A stretch of 64,000 nt of DNA from Raillietiella orientalis (taxonomy: Eukaryota). A program made the translations under genes and the position numbers. The notes below the pieces were generated by a model that made no database searches, was not told where the DNA came from, and worked only from the letters and a program-made list of their open reading frames with translations. The stretch covers positions 4,030,001 through 4,094,000 of the forward strand of contig JAYWIR010000008.1 in assembly GCA_036172245.1 (NCBI GenBank). Reading direction: 5' to 3'. Each line of letters begins with the position of its first letter. Position 1 is the stretch's first letter. Of this stretch, positions 49,751 to 61,200 are shown piece by piece.

Positions 49751-52700
49751 GGACACTTAGTAAAGGGTTGGGAAAATGAGTGATGACGCGATTTGTTTCT
49801 TGTCGTGTGACCAATGCAAAAACCGTAAAAAAAGAAAAAGAATGCATCATCAGAATTCATGCAGCATGCATTTGTCGCGCTCCCAGAAAAGCTGTCCTTC
49901 CAGGGTCCCAGGGACTTTACCTCGTAACGGAACTTGGCCAGTTTCCTCGGTTGTTGCTGTTGTTGTTGTCTCTGGTGAACGGAAAAGTGCATCTTTCTGT
50001 GCAGTGGTCATCTCCAGATGACTGATAACTCTCCCGAAAGCTCTTCTTCCGCTCTTCCAGCTTTCGGCTGACCCCAGCCTACACCGAATCGCGTCTCGTG
50101 CGTCGCTTGGTGCTCGCTGCTATTCTTTCAGGAATCCATCAGAATTCCAGACTTCTTGGCATGGCTGTCTCAGTTGTGTGAGAATTCTTTCCCGACCGAA
50201 AACCAGTTTCATCCTTAGAACGTTAACGAAACGCGTTGTAAGGTGTTCCATCATCCATTCTGAACGATTCTCTGTTAACGGGACGGGGCAGAATTCCTGC
50301 ACTTGTCAGCTCTGTTTCATGAGGGATGCTGTGCTCCACTTGGGAACGTGTCTTCTCTCTCCCTCTCTCCTTTTCTTTGGAGTTTGTGTAGACGTGGTGC
50401 TCACAAGAGAGGATGCCGTGTCCTGTCTCTCGTAAGCTTCACGATAGCTGAGGTGCTCGACGCAGGAAACCGCGTCTTGTTCGATGACTATAAAGGGAAA
50501 GTGCCGCTGGCTAGAAAGAGCACTTCCTCAAGAGGAGGGGGTCACCCGCGTGCGAGTTGGCCCCTGCTCTTCAGGAACGCACGGAACTCGTTGTTTCCAA
50601 TTCAGGCACTTTCGTTTCTTCGGTCTTTTTCTTCTTCATGCAGAGGGGTTGTTTGGGACATCATATGAAAGTTGACGAAAGACGAAGCAGTTTCTCCCGC
50701 CCACCCACCCCACCTCTTCCTCCGCTACAGGGATATCGTCAGTGCTGGATCCATTTACGATTACGTCAGGATAACTTTTGTGGCTTTCAAAATCTCCTAC
50801 GCCCCGCGCCATTGAAACGTTCCAGAAGACAATTTTCAGGCGATCGTTCGTCCCGGTTTTCGTATTCTTCCCTCGCTAATTAAATTTCTCTTCGACGAGC
50901 TTTCCTTGGCAGGGCGATCGGTCGATTCCTTGAGAAATCCGACTTTGATTGACCATTTAAACTTGAAAGCAATCTATAATTTTTCCTTTTCCTTTTTTTT
51001 TTTTTTTTTTTTTTTTTAAGAAAGGAAGAAAAACTTCGCCTTGATGATCAAAAGTTTTGGATTTTTTTTTCCGCTTAAGGAAAAACAAATTGCACTTGGG
51101 AGTAGCAGAAAGTGAAATTCCACGATTCCCTTGCAGGCTATCAATAAAGCGCTTCCGGAAAAGATTGTACACCGGACGCGTACAACCCTGTACACGGCAC
51201 GCCCGCTTAACAACAGGGTTTCCTGGAATTTTTTTTTTTTTTCCTTGCTGCTGTGAATTAAAGGCTGCTGCTGCGGCCTTCGCTTCGGAAGATTCCGCGG
51301 GGCGGTCCACTGGCTCTCTACGATCCATCCATCCGTCGGAGCAAGGTCGACTGGCAGCTGCCACCGCGCGAAGACGCAGATCTTCGCTGCTTTGCATCCA
51401 TGAGTGACCGTTCCTTCAGACGCCGACCATCTTGGAAGCAGTCAGTTTCCTCCTCCTCCCTGAACTCCCATCTTGAGGAGCGCAGATGGAGGAAACTCAC
51501 GAGACATCCAATCAATCACGGGGCCAGAACGTTTCGGTTCCTTTGGTAAACAAATCGATTAGCTACCATGGTAACGAGAGAGTGTTTCCCGATGTCGTGT
51601 GAGCAGCGCGTTATCTCCTCTGCGGCCTCATCGCCTGCCGGCCTCTCTCTGCTCGGATTGTGCTCCGGCAGCAGTAAAACAGGCCGGGATCGCTCATCAA
51701 AGAGATCCGCGGAGATTGGAGAGGCGTCGAGCTCTTGTAGAGGGAGTCCTCGGAGATGCTGTCCTCCGCCGCCGCGTGTTTTCCGCTCGCGCGAGCTCTG
51801 GCGCGGGGGATCGCGCGCACGGCACGAGGAAGAGCGCGCGCTTCTGCTGCCGTCCTCCAGGAACGCGGGGCGGTTAGGAGCTGGCTCCGGGAAAGGTTCC
51901 GTCCCGGTGATGTCCCGCCGCTGCGTCCCGCCTGCAGCCGCCCGTGCCTTCGACCCCTACCGGAGGGAACCTCCTTGGGGGAAGGAACCAATCTATCCCT
52001 GGTTCGCCTTCCCCCGCGGTGCTTTCAGGCTGCAGCAGGAGGGGGGAAAAGAAGGGTGGGTTTCCGTATCTCTTCCAGGAACCGAGAATCTCATTTTGCT
52101 GCTTCCCCCCCCCCCCTCCCCCCTGTAAGCGTTTGCGCACCTGGAAACCTCCCTTTCCGCACGGGGAAGAAGCGACCTTTCGGAGAGCGTGGCGCTTCCC
52201 TTTCCTTTCGTCTCTGTGCAGTGCCTCACGTGGCGAGTGCGTTCGTCTCTCTGTCCCTTTCCTGGAACCAGCGGCGTGCGTGCCGAAGCTCGCGACGGCT
52301 CGCGAGCAAAGGAGGCCACCTGCCTGGCTGCGCGCACGCACTTGGTGGTGGTGGTGGTGGTAGTTTTGGCGGGGAGAGGGGGAGGAGGTGGATGAAACCT
52401 CGCGTTGCACTCAGAGTCCCGAGGAGACTCTTCTGGCAAGAATCCAGAGGGTCAGGAGCCGTGGGGAATCTGTGGCCTCCTCTCTTTCTAGAAGAGCCGT
52501 CAGCACTTTCGAAGGTTTTCGACTGCCCTCCTCATCTTCTCCTCTTCATCCTCCCCTCTTTCTCCCCCTCTTCCTCATGTTCAGCTCGGAGAAAGGGAAG
52601 ATAACAACAAAGCAAGGACCGCCAAGCAGTGTCCGGTGCAGAACGAGGGACTTTCGTGAAAGTGACCGTCCGGGATCGTCTCTGGGAAGGCAGGGAAGCG

Positions 52701-54324
52701 ACCCTTTGTGGGGAAGGGAGTCGCACCCATGAGCAGTCTGGAGAAACCGAGGGCAGCGAAGGCGACAGGACAGGGAGCAGGGGAAGGGCGCCGCCGGTGT
52801 GCGAGCGGTCCATCCGCCGTCGAGCTCTCCGAGGTCAACGGTGACGAGAAGAGAGAGATGACCCGCCGCTCCACCCTCGCCGGCCCTGCGACCTGTCCTG
52901 TAGTCCGCCGGAGCAAGAAAGGGGACACGCGAGGGGGCGTTCCCTGCCAATCAGGGCTGAGGGGAAGCCGGCGCTCGGGGCAGCCTCGGAAGGAACGGGA
53001 AAGAGGCGCAACGGACGACAGGTGGGTGCAGGTGGAGGGCACGTGTCTGCCTCCTCCCCTTCTCATCCCTCGCGAATTCCTCCACCCGCACCTCCTCCCT
53101 CCCCAATCTGCACATCGGTTTCGCGGTTTCCTTGGGGATGTCGAGGACGAGCCTCGGAGGACCGGCGCACAAGCATCGCCATGTGGAAGGGGGAAGGCGA
53201 TGTGGAATGGTCGCCGCACCCCTTCCCGCTTTTGGCACATGGCTCAGAGGAGTGGATCCCTCTCCTTGCTATATCCCCATTTCTTCTCCTTCCCTTCTTT
53301 CCGTGCCAGCAGCGCAGCACGTGAGGGCGCGTCCCGTCCAAGCTGAGGCGGTGGCAGTGCTCCCTCCCACTTGTCCGCTTCCCGAAGAGACGGAGGTCTC
53401 TCCTCCCCTTCTCCTCTCCGCTCATCTTCCGGGATGCCTCCGGTTAGCGGAAAGGAAATCCGCGCGCCCCTCACCCCGTCAGAGGGGACGCCGTCGCGCC
53501 GGAAGTCTTCCCGGACAGCGCTGCTCCCTCGTGGATTCCTCCCTTGCCCAGGAGACCGGAAGTCATCCCTGCTCTCCCGATCCCGGAAATCGTTGCTCCC
53601 GGAAACCCGGGACGATACGCGGAGTGAGGCGGAGGACGCAGGTTCGAAGAAACGGCGTGGGGAGGGGGAGGGGGCGGAAGGAAGAAGAGGATGGACGCTC
53701 CTGGGGGGCGTTCCTGCGCCAACCGGGCAAATGCGTGCGGCGGGGGTTTTTTCTGACATGCTTGCCGGAGAGACAACAGTCTTCCATCCCACATAGCCCT
53801 GGAGGGACTCTTCCAAAGAGAAAGGAGGGAGACGGACCCGGTGCTTCGGGGGAGCCACGGCGACGGTTTCCCGACCGCTTCCGGGGTCTCTCCCGGAAGA
53901 CCTGGGCAGCCTCTTTCCCGGGGAGAAGCGGTCTCCCAGGCGCGAGCACGGTCAACATGGCTGCCAGGTGTGTGCAGCGTGTCGATAGGACGCACGCGCG
54001 AGGGTCACGCCGGGTTGCCTCTGCGGGGATGTGAACACCGGTCGTGCGGACATAGTCCTTCGGGGAGCAAGGGAGGAAGGGAGGGCAATTCCCGCTCCCA
54101 TTCGGCGATCGCGGAGCCCATCCGTCAGGACAGAGGGCCCGCTCATGCGCACCTAGCAGGCGGTTCTCTACATCCTTCCCCTCTTTCTCTTTCCTCCCTT
54201 CTCTGTCCGACCCAACCCCGGCGGCTTCCTTCTCGAAAGTGCTCCTTGCCTTCCAGAGCACCCGCCCGGCGGAGACCGGGAAAGCTCCCGGTACGTCCCA
54301 AACGACACCTACGACTACAGCTAC

Positions 54325-54382
54325 GAGGAGGAGGCAGAGGAAGAGGAGGAAGAAGAGGAGGAGGAGGAGGAGGAGGAGGAAG
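54325..54382. repeat. (GGA)n-rich homopurine tract
   Basis: Directly visible in the sequence. Confidence 0.9.
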
Positions 54383-57300
54383 GGCAGGACTCTCACATCC
54401 CGACGGGAGTCCTATTAAACTACACGTGAGTAACCGGGAAATCCCTACGGGAGGCGCCCCCCTGCTTCTGGGAGGCACCTCCCTTCCACTATCCGGAAAC
54501 CTCGAGTCCCTGCAGCGAATGCTGCGCTCTCCTGTCCCCCTTCTCCTTCTGCGCCTCTGCTCTGGAGGTGCGCCCCTCTCCACGGCAGCCCCAAGTCCTG
54601 TATCCCCACGGAAATATCCACGGTCAGGTCGGGAGAGCAGCCAGAATGGCGCGGCGGTCTCCTCCAGTGATGCCCGGAGGGGGCGAGAGAGCGGATCCGC
54701 TCTCCGGAAGCCGGAGGCAACCCGAAGGACCACCTCATCAAGCAGGAGGGAGGGGAAGCCGACAGCTCCCAGGAACGCGGGGAGAGGAGAGAGTGGGTTA
54801 CAGGAAGGAAGCAGTTGCGTTTACCCCCTCCGCGATCGCCCCGTACTCCGTATCCTCAGGGCGGCCTCCTGGCAACGCCAGAGACCGCGCCGCCTCACCT
54901 GGAGGTGCCCCTCGGGGCGACTATGTCACACTGCGCGCGATCGCCTCCTCTTCGGTCGCCCCCTTCCCCCGTCATCTCCCCTCCTTCCTCCTTTGCCACG
55001 CCCAACCCGTTTGGGGAAGGAGTGCCATCATCCCGTCGCCAGCAAGGGCCCGAACAACGCAGTGTCGCCACCACCCCTCTCACCCCTGCTCCGTTTTCTT
55101 TCGTTGGCGATTTCTGACGCGAGGTGGTTCCTCCAGCAGCCCTCTCGGTGTCTCCCCCTCCCCCTCCTCCTCCCCTCGTTGGATTGAGAGATCATCACCA
55201 GATGGATGCTTGGAGCGACGGATGCAGCCTCCCGCGTGCCAAGATGATGGATGGAGGAGATGCTTGGGCAGGGAAGGAGACGGAGGGAGAGATGAGCCAT
55301 TAAGCGGGGATGCCGGTACGCCCCCGCGCCTCTGCATGCAGGAACCGGAAGGGGGGAAGAGAAGGGGGCGTTGGCTCGATGCGCCGCGTTGCCCCCTTCC
55401 AGGACGAACGCACCGGGACTGCCGCGCAGGGAGGTGATAATCGGGTGCACTCCTCCTCCCCCGCATCACCATCGACTCCATTCCCCCTATCCTTGTCTCC
55501 TTGCCTCAGGTGCACTCCTTGATTCCTTTTTTTTTTTTTTTTGTTTCGCCGCCGCGAAAAGGACGCTCACTCCACTCCGTCGGGAACCCCCTCTGCCTCG
55601 GAATTTGTTCCCCTCCCCCTTCCTCCTCCTCCTCCTCCTCTTCCTCCTCGGCGCTAGCGCGGAACGCCACCCGAACCCGTCTTGGCCGTCTCCCGGGCGA
55701 CGTCCCGCGTTTCCGGACCTCCCGCGGAGGCCGGCGGAAACACGTGGGTCGCGAGTACGGGAGGAAACCCCGGAACGGGGTCGCGATCCTCCGAAAGGGA
55801 GCGACACCCGCGATCGTGGGAGCGACCCGAAAAGGTCCTGGACCGCCGAGCGCGTCCCCGAGGAGATAAGGGGGGAGGGGGGACATTGTGGTGGTGCCGA
55901 GGTCAACTGCGGGACGGAGGCGGTGGTCCGCGACCTCACTCATACGAGGGCGGCGCCGGCGGGATGTCAAGGTGCGCGTGCGCGGGGTAGGGGATCTGGG
56001 GGAGGCGGCGAGGAAGGACCAAGGACGCGGACGGGGGAAAATGACCACCGCAGGCCTCCGCGGGAAAACGGACGGACGGACGGTACGGGGCAGAGGAAGC
56101 AGATAGCCCTCTCGCTCCCTCCTCCCGCGCGGACCGCGAGCCTTCGCCGTCACCCAGCCCTCGCGAAGACGCAGGAGCTGCGGGACCCTGGGTCTTGCCC
56201 ACCCAGCCCGATCAGCGGCGAGGGATTTGACGCGCCGTGCGGACAAAGTGTAAAGCGACGAGAGCATTCGTTTCCCTCTTCGGAGGGGGGAGAAGGGCAC
56301 GGCTTTCTCCGTCCCCAGCTGCCCCTCTCCGCGCGCCTTTCCCCTCCCCCCGAGGGCCCCCCGATCCAAAAGCGCCCGCTGCTCCTAGGACGGAATGTGG
56401 TTTCAGCTGCCTCTTCCTCCTCGGGCACTGCGGCCCTGCCCGGTCCTTCGGTGGGAGCCTTTCTTTCTCCTCCCTGCATCCTATCTCCTGGAACCGGGTC
56501 CTCCCGGCCTTCGACTCTCAGCCGTGCCATTCCTGGCTCCTTCCGTTCTGTCCACGAGGCGGCGGTGTTGTCTAGCAGCTCCAGCGAGGCCCCCGTCTGA
56601 CCCTGCAGAAACGAGTAGGGCTGTGCGTCGGTGTGGCCGTCGAGCTTCTCGCGACCTCTCGGCAGTTGGCACGTGCTGCAAAGTGGCGGCTCCGCGCGGT
56701 TGGCGGGCGGGATGCGTGGATCCCGGCTGGTTCGCCACAGTTTCACTCGCGGGCGCTCACCGTACGCGCCTGCCTGCCCGCCCGTGCCTGGCGGGCGCCT
56801 CACGGAGGTGTGCGCGTCGCCAAGCGGCCAGGAGCCACACGAATCGAGGAGGACGCAACAGTGCGGGCAGCGGGCGGTTGCGGCTCCCCCTGACGGAGGG
56901 TGCGGGCGATCTCCCCGCGCAGAGCGACGGTGCTCCCCTCGGCGGCGGTACTGCGAAACGACCGTTCCCTCGCAACCGCCGAATAAATTTCGCCGCAATT
57001 TCACGATGTTTGAACAGCTTCTTTGAGCTTTTGCGAGCGATGCGATCCCGGGACTCCCATCAATTTGTTTTGCCTTTCTGTTTGGCTCGCCTGCTTACTT
57101 TCGAAAACAAATTTTTGCGACCCGAGGCCGGCAGCATTGGTGAAAACACCAGAAATGTGCACGACTCCCGAGAGCATTTGTTTTGTTTTGTCTCCTTTTT
57201 CTTTTTCTTTTTTTTTGCCCCCCCCCCCCCCGCCCATCCTTTGGTTTCACTTTTTTTCGCTTCACCAGCGGATACCTAATCCAGCCCGTAAACATCATCA

Positions 57301-58121
57301 TCACCAATCTACCAATACGACGCGTGTTTTCGCCGAAAGACGAGAGCCGAAGTGTTTCTCGAATTTCATCAGGACGAAGCAGACCGCGGCGAGAAAAGAT
57401 GCGCTCCGAGCCCTGTCGGCAGGTCCGTTGATAAATCTTCGTTGGACAATGGGCAGCAAGGGATGCATGCATGCAGCAGCGGATGATCGGATCCAGCAGA
57501 CCGTTCCGTCGATGCGGCCACTGAGCGGGCGGGGAGCCGTTAGAGAAAAGTCGATGGTCCGTTTCCAACTGTGGTGTGAGCCACTGGTTGCCACGGAATC
57601 GGCGCTGCCTTCTCCAGAGTCCCCCTGGCAGCAGAGGCAGCAACCGGACGAGGCACGCGGGAAAAGGTCCCGGGGGAGTGTGGGATTCGTCTCGGCTCGA
57701 AAGTCTCCGCGCCGTCCGCCTCCCCTCGTCTTCCCTCCTCCTTCCCTTTCGCTCTCTTCCGGCGGATCGCCCAGTCGGTTTCTGTCCTCCGGAGGACAGA
57801 ACTCGTCCGCGAACCGTCGTCGTCACGGGCGTGGGCGACCCGGAATCCACCGTCTACCCTCTCTCGCTCCGCATCCCTGGGGATCGTTTCCGCGGGAACC
57901 GAGCGCCGCATTCCTCGCGCGGGCCTCTTCCGCGAGCATTCCCGCCGCCCGTTCGTCACGTGACCGCCTCCTTATCTTGTTTGCAAACACACAACAGGTT
58001 CGCGCCGATCCGGGTTCCGCAGACAGCGACGGCCACAGGAAGAGCGTGTTGGCTCGAAAGCCCCGCGCTAGCGGCCGTGTGGATCGTCTCGGCGCCACCG
58101 GGTGAGAAGGCTACCGGCTAC

Positions 58122-58246
58122 AGAGGTCTCCGCGGATGGCACCGAGCGTCGCGGCTTCGAATCCCGCCCGAAGAAGGATCGACGCCGAGAAATGGGTGCG
58201 CCATGGGTTTCGAGTTCCCCCCGTAGGACGACGCTCGTTGGCCTGT
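58122..58246 (+). mobile_element. tRNA-derived short element, copy 2
   Basis: cgcggcttcgaatcccgcccg...gatc...tgggtttcgagttccc...ttggcct aligns almost gap-free with the reverse complement of 20388-20516. Confidence 0.65.
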
Positions 58247-61200
58247 AGGCTTTGGCGGAATCCGGAAGCCCCCGTTGACCTCCGGAGTCCTTCCAGAAAT
58301 CAAGGAAAGAGCCGGTTTCCTTCGGCGCGCTTCCCTGCAGTTGTGAAAATGAGTTATCTTGGGGGGAAGGGGACCTTCATCGCGCGCCACGGAGCTGGTT
58401 GGCACCCCTTCTTTCGGCCTCGCGAGGCGAGACCGCTCCGCCGTCTTCGCGGAAGATGCTCTCCGGACCAGCCGCTTCTTCGCATCGTCGTCTGCGGCAG
58501 AGTCGATGCGGGCGGGTAGCCGCGTCGTCGTCGTTGCCGGACCGAGCAAGAAGCTGCCTTTTGCCTTCGTACGGCACGGGGCGCAGCCCCTTTTGGAGGC
58601 GAGGAGAGGGAGGAAGGAGTGGAGCACCAGAAACAGCTCGGCGCCGGAAGTCTCGGTTTCGCGAGGTCCTCGAACACCTCGCTCGGGCGGGAGGCAGCAG
58701 CACACGCGGAGGTGCCGCGTAGGGTCGTCGTCGAAGCCCTAAAGCAGCGTGAACGGAAAGAGGGGGTCTCGGAATTCTGGTGCCCGGGGCAGTCCGGGAG
58801 AAAGTAGCAGTCGGGCGGACCTTCCGACCGACGAAACTCTTGCGCTTTGGCCGCTCTCGCCTCCAGCAGAACAAGTGGACGATATAGGCTCTGCATTCTT
58901 TGAGAGACGGCGGGTGGCTCATCGGCGGCGATCAAACACTCGCAAACACCACTCCTCCACAAAACACCAAGAATAGGAAGAGAAACACACGCACACACGA
59001 AACGACAGTGAGGGACGCCGTAGTTGTCCGGAGGTGGCGTTGCAGGGGCGAGGCGACGGGTTTCGCTCGCGCGTGCGCGTCTTGGATCCCAAGTCCCCTC
59101 CGCTACCCCGGTCGCACCCTTTCGGCAGATACGCCACAGCAGCCTCCCTCCTTTCTTTCTTTGTCTTAACAGCGGTCGTTTTTTTCTTTGTTCCAGAAAC
59201 CACGCTCCAGGTCCACTCGATCCCGGAAACCACTCGTCTTCAGCAGCAGCAGGTGCTCGCAGTGGTGAGTGCACTCAGGTCTTGCTGTTTGCTTTTGCTC
59301 TTTGGCACGACGCTATGCCAACCCGATGGTGAAGGCGGAGGGCGAACGTCTGCGCCTCTGCCGCCGCCGCAGGTGGCTCGCGCTCCGGGTCGGTTTGTTT
59401 ACAGTGACGTAATACGAGACGAACAGGCGGCGCGCTTTCAAACGTTGGCTCTCCAGCCCTCGTTGAATCATCAGCGGGGCAAAGCGCGTCCCGGAGCACT
59501 CGAGGCACCGGGATGCGGTCGTCAGCAGAGCGGTTTCCTCCCCTCGTGCGTGGACCGACGCACCACAGGCTGTGAGCACTTGAAATTCGGACTCTGCGAA
59601 TCCCAGCGTTTCCATCCGGGTGTGCATCTCTATGAATGCGACTGCGTGGGAATTGCATGCGTCCATTCGTATGTGAACGAACATGCAAAGCTAAGTGTGC
59701 TCAAACCTATGGGTGAATGTAGGTGTCAGAGTGCATGTGTTCTCGTGTTCGGAGGGGTGCGTGAACATGTCTTGGTCTTCCAAAATGTACTTAAAGGTGT
59801 TCTCCGCTGAAAGCGCACAAGTGTTCAAAGAGGAACGTTGGCTACGTGAGTGTGGGCAACGTCGCCTCCTTCCGGGCGGCGAAGCCTGCAGTTCACCCCC
59901 GGCGGGGCTGCAATTGGGGTGGTGCTTTGAGAGGAGAGCCGAGGACACACTGGGTTTCGTTTCGCGTGATGGCCTCACGAAGCGAACGTCATCCTTCGGA
60001 CGTACCAGGGAAGGACGAAGGGTCCAGGAATGTCCCGGTTCTTAACAGACGCATCCCTTTCCTGCTCCCAGCCCTCGACCGATCGAGCCACCCTCCGCTC
60101 CTGCGCAGAAACAGCTGTTGCCGTGCGGCGCGGGTCTCGTGGGTCGGTCCATCGTGGAGTGTTGTTGACTCAGCTGTGCTTTAGGGAGTGGCTGTGTTTG
60201 CTGTGCAGTCTAAAAACACACACAAAAAAGAATGAAATCGGGCTGTGGTACGGCAGCTGCATCAGCGCATCGGGACACGAGGCTGAAGTCCTCGCTGTCA
60301 CGGCCTCGAGACTGTCGATCAGTGGACCAGAGATCTGACGCCTGGGGTCTTTGGAAAGCCTGAAGGATCCTCATTTTGATCTCTCGAGGAAGGGCAGAGC
60401 TGTGGGGCGGGTGCAAGACACTGGGAAGACACTCGGAGCGTCGACCGATGCGCACTGGGTGGCGGACATGGCACAGGACGGTGAGTGCAGCGCGCGCCTC
60501 CCCGGAGGGCAGAGTGGTAGGGAGCGAGGGGGAGGGCGATCGCACACGGTCCGCCGCCGCCACCTGCCGGGCGTTCTGAGTTTTCGACGATCTCCATCGC
60601 GAGCGTTGCGTGCGAGAGGGCTGTCGCCTCCAGCATGCGGCGCCTGTGAGCGCGCGTTCGCATCTTCGGCTCTTCTCAGGAAGGCAAAGAAGGAAGGAAG
60701 ACGAGCGGACAGAACTAGTAGCATGGCGCGCACGCCGTGCGCCGACGGAGAGAACGAAGGCGCCGAACCAGCCGAGGACAGGGAGCATGCTCGAGGAGGC
60801 GCGCGAGGAGGGCAAGTCGAAGACGCTTGCAGGGGTTGGAGGGTACAGAGAGGTAGGGCGAAACTCGAATGCCGTCGCGTACAGGTGCCTGGGTGCTCCG
60901 GCGTGTGGGTCACCTTCTCGAACGTGCTGCGTCATCAGCCTCGTCGGCTCCGCGCCAAAAGACTGCTCCTCTTGTCCTCATGGCGATGATAATGAACATC
61001 CCTTCCTTCTCTTCCTCGTCCTCCTCATCATCATCGTCGTTTGCCTTCCTGTTGTATCCCCCAAGCTTGCATGTTACTGACGGTGTGGACGAGCGAGGGC
61101 ACGTCCCATCGCGATACGGCTCGGGGTCGCGGAACGTGTCATGCCGTGCTGAGCGCTCGCAGTAAACAGACATCTCTGGTGGCAGGGGTGGAGAAGGAGG

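Noticed and set aside
58349..58390. Dam-like methyltransferase start (MSYLGGKG)
   Set aside because: Isolated short match; I saw no downstream FxGxG or DPPY motifs.
59450..59900. Minus-strand C2H2 zinc-finger array (…FTHRF…MHVRSHT)
   Set aside because: The His/Thr/Cys richness is explained by degenerate CA/TG-rich simple sequence, and the finger spacing is not canonical.
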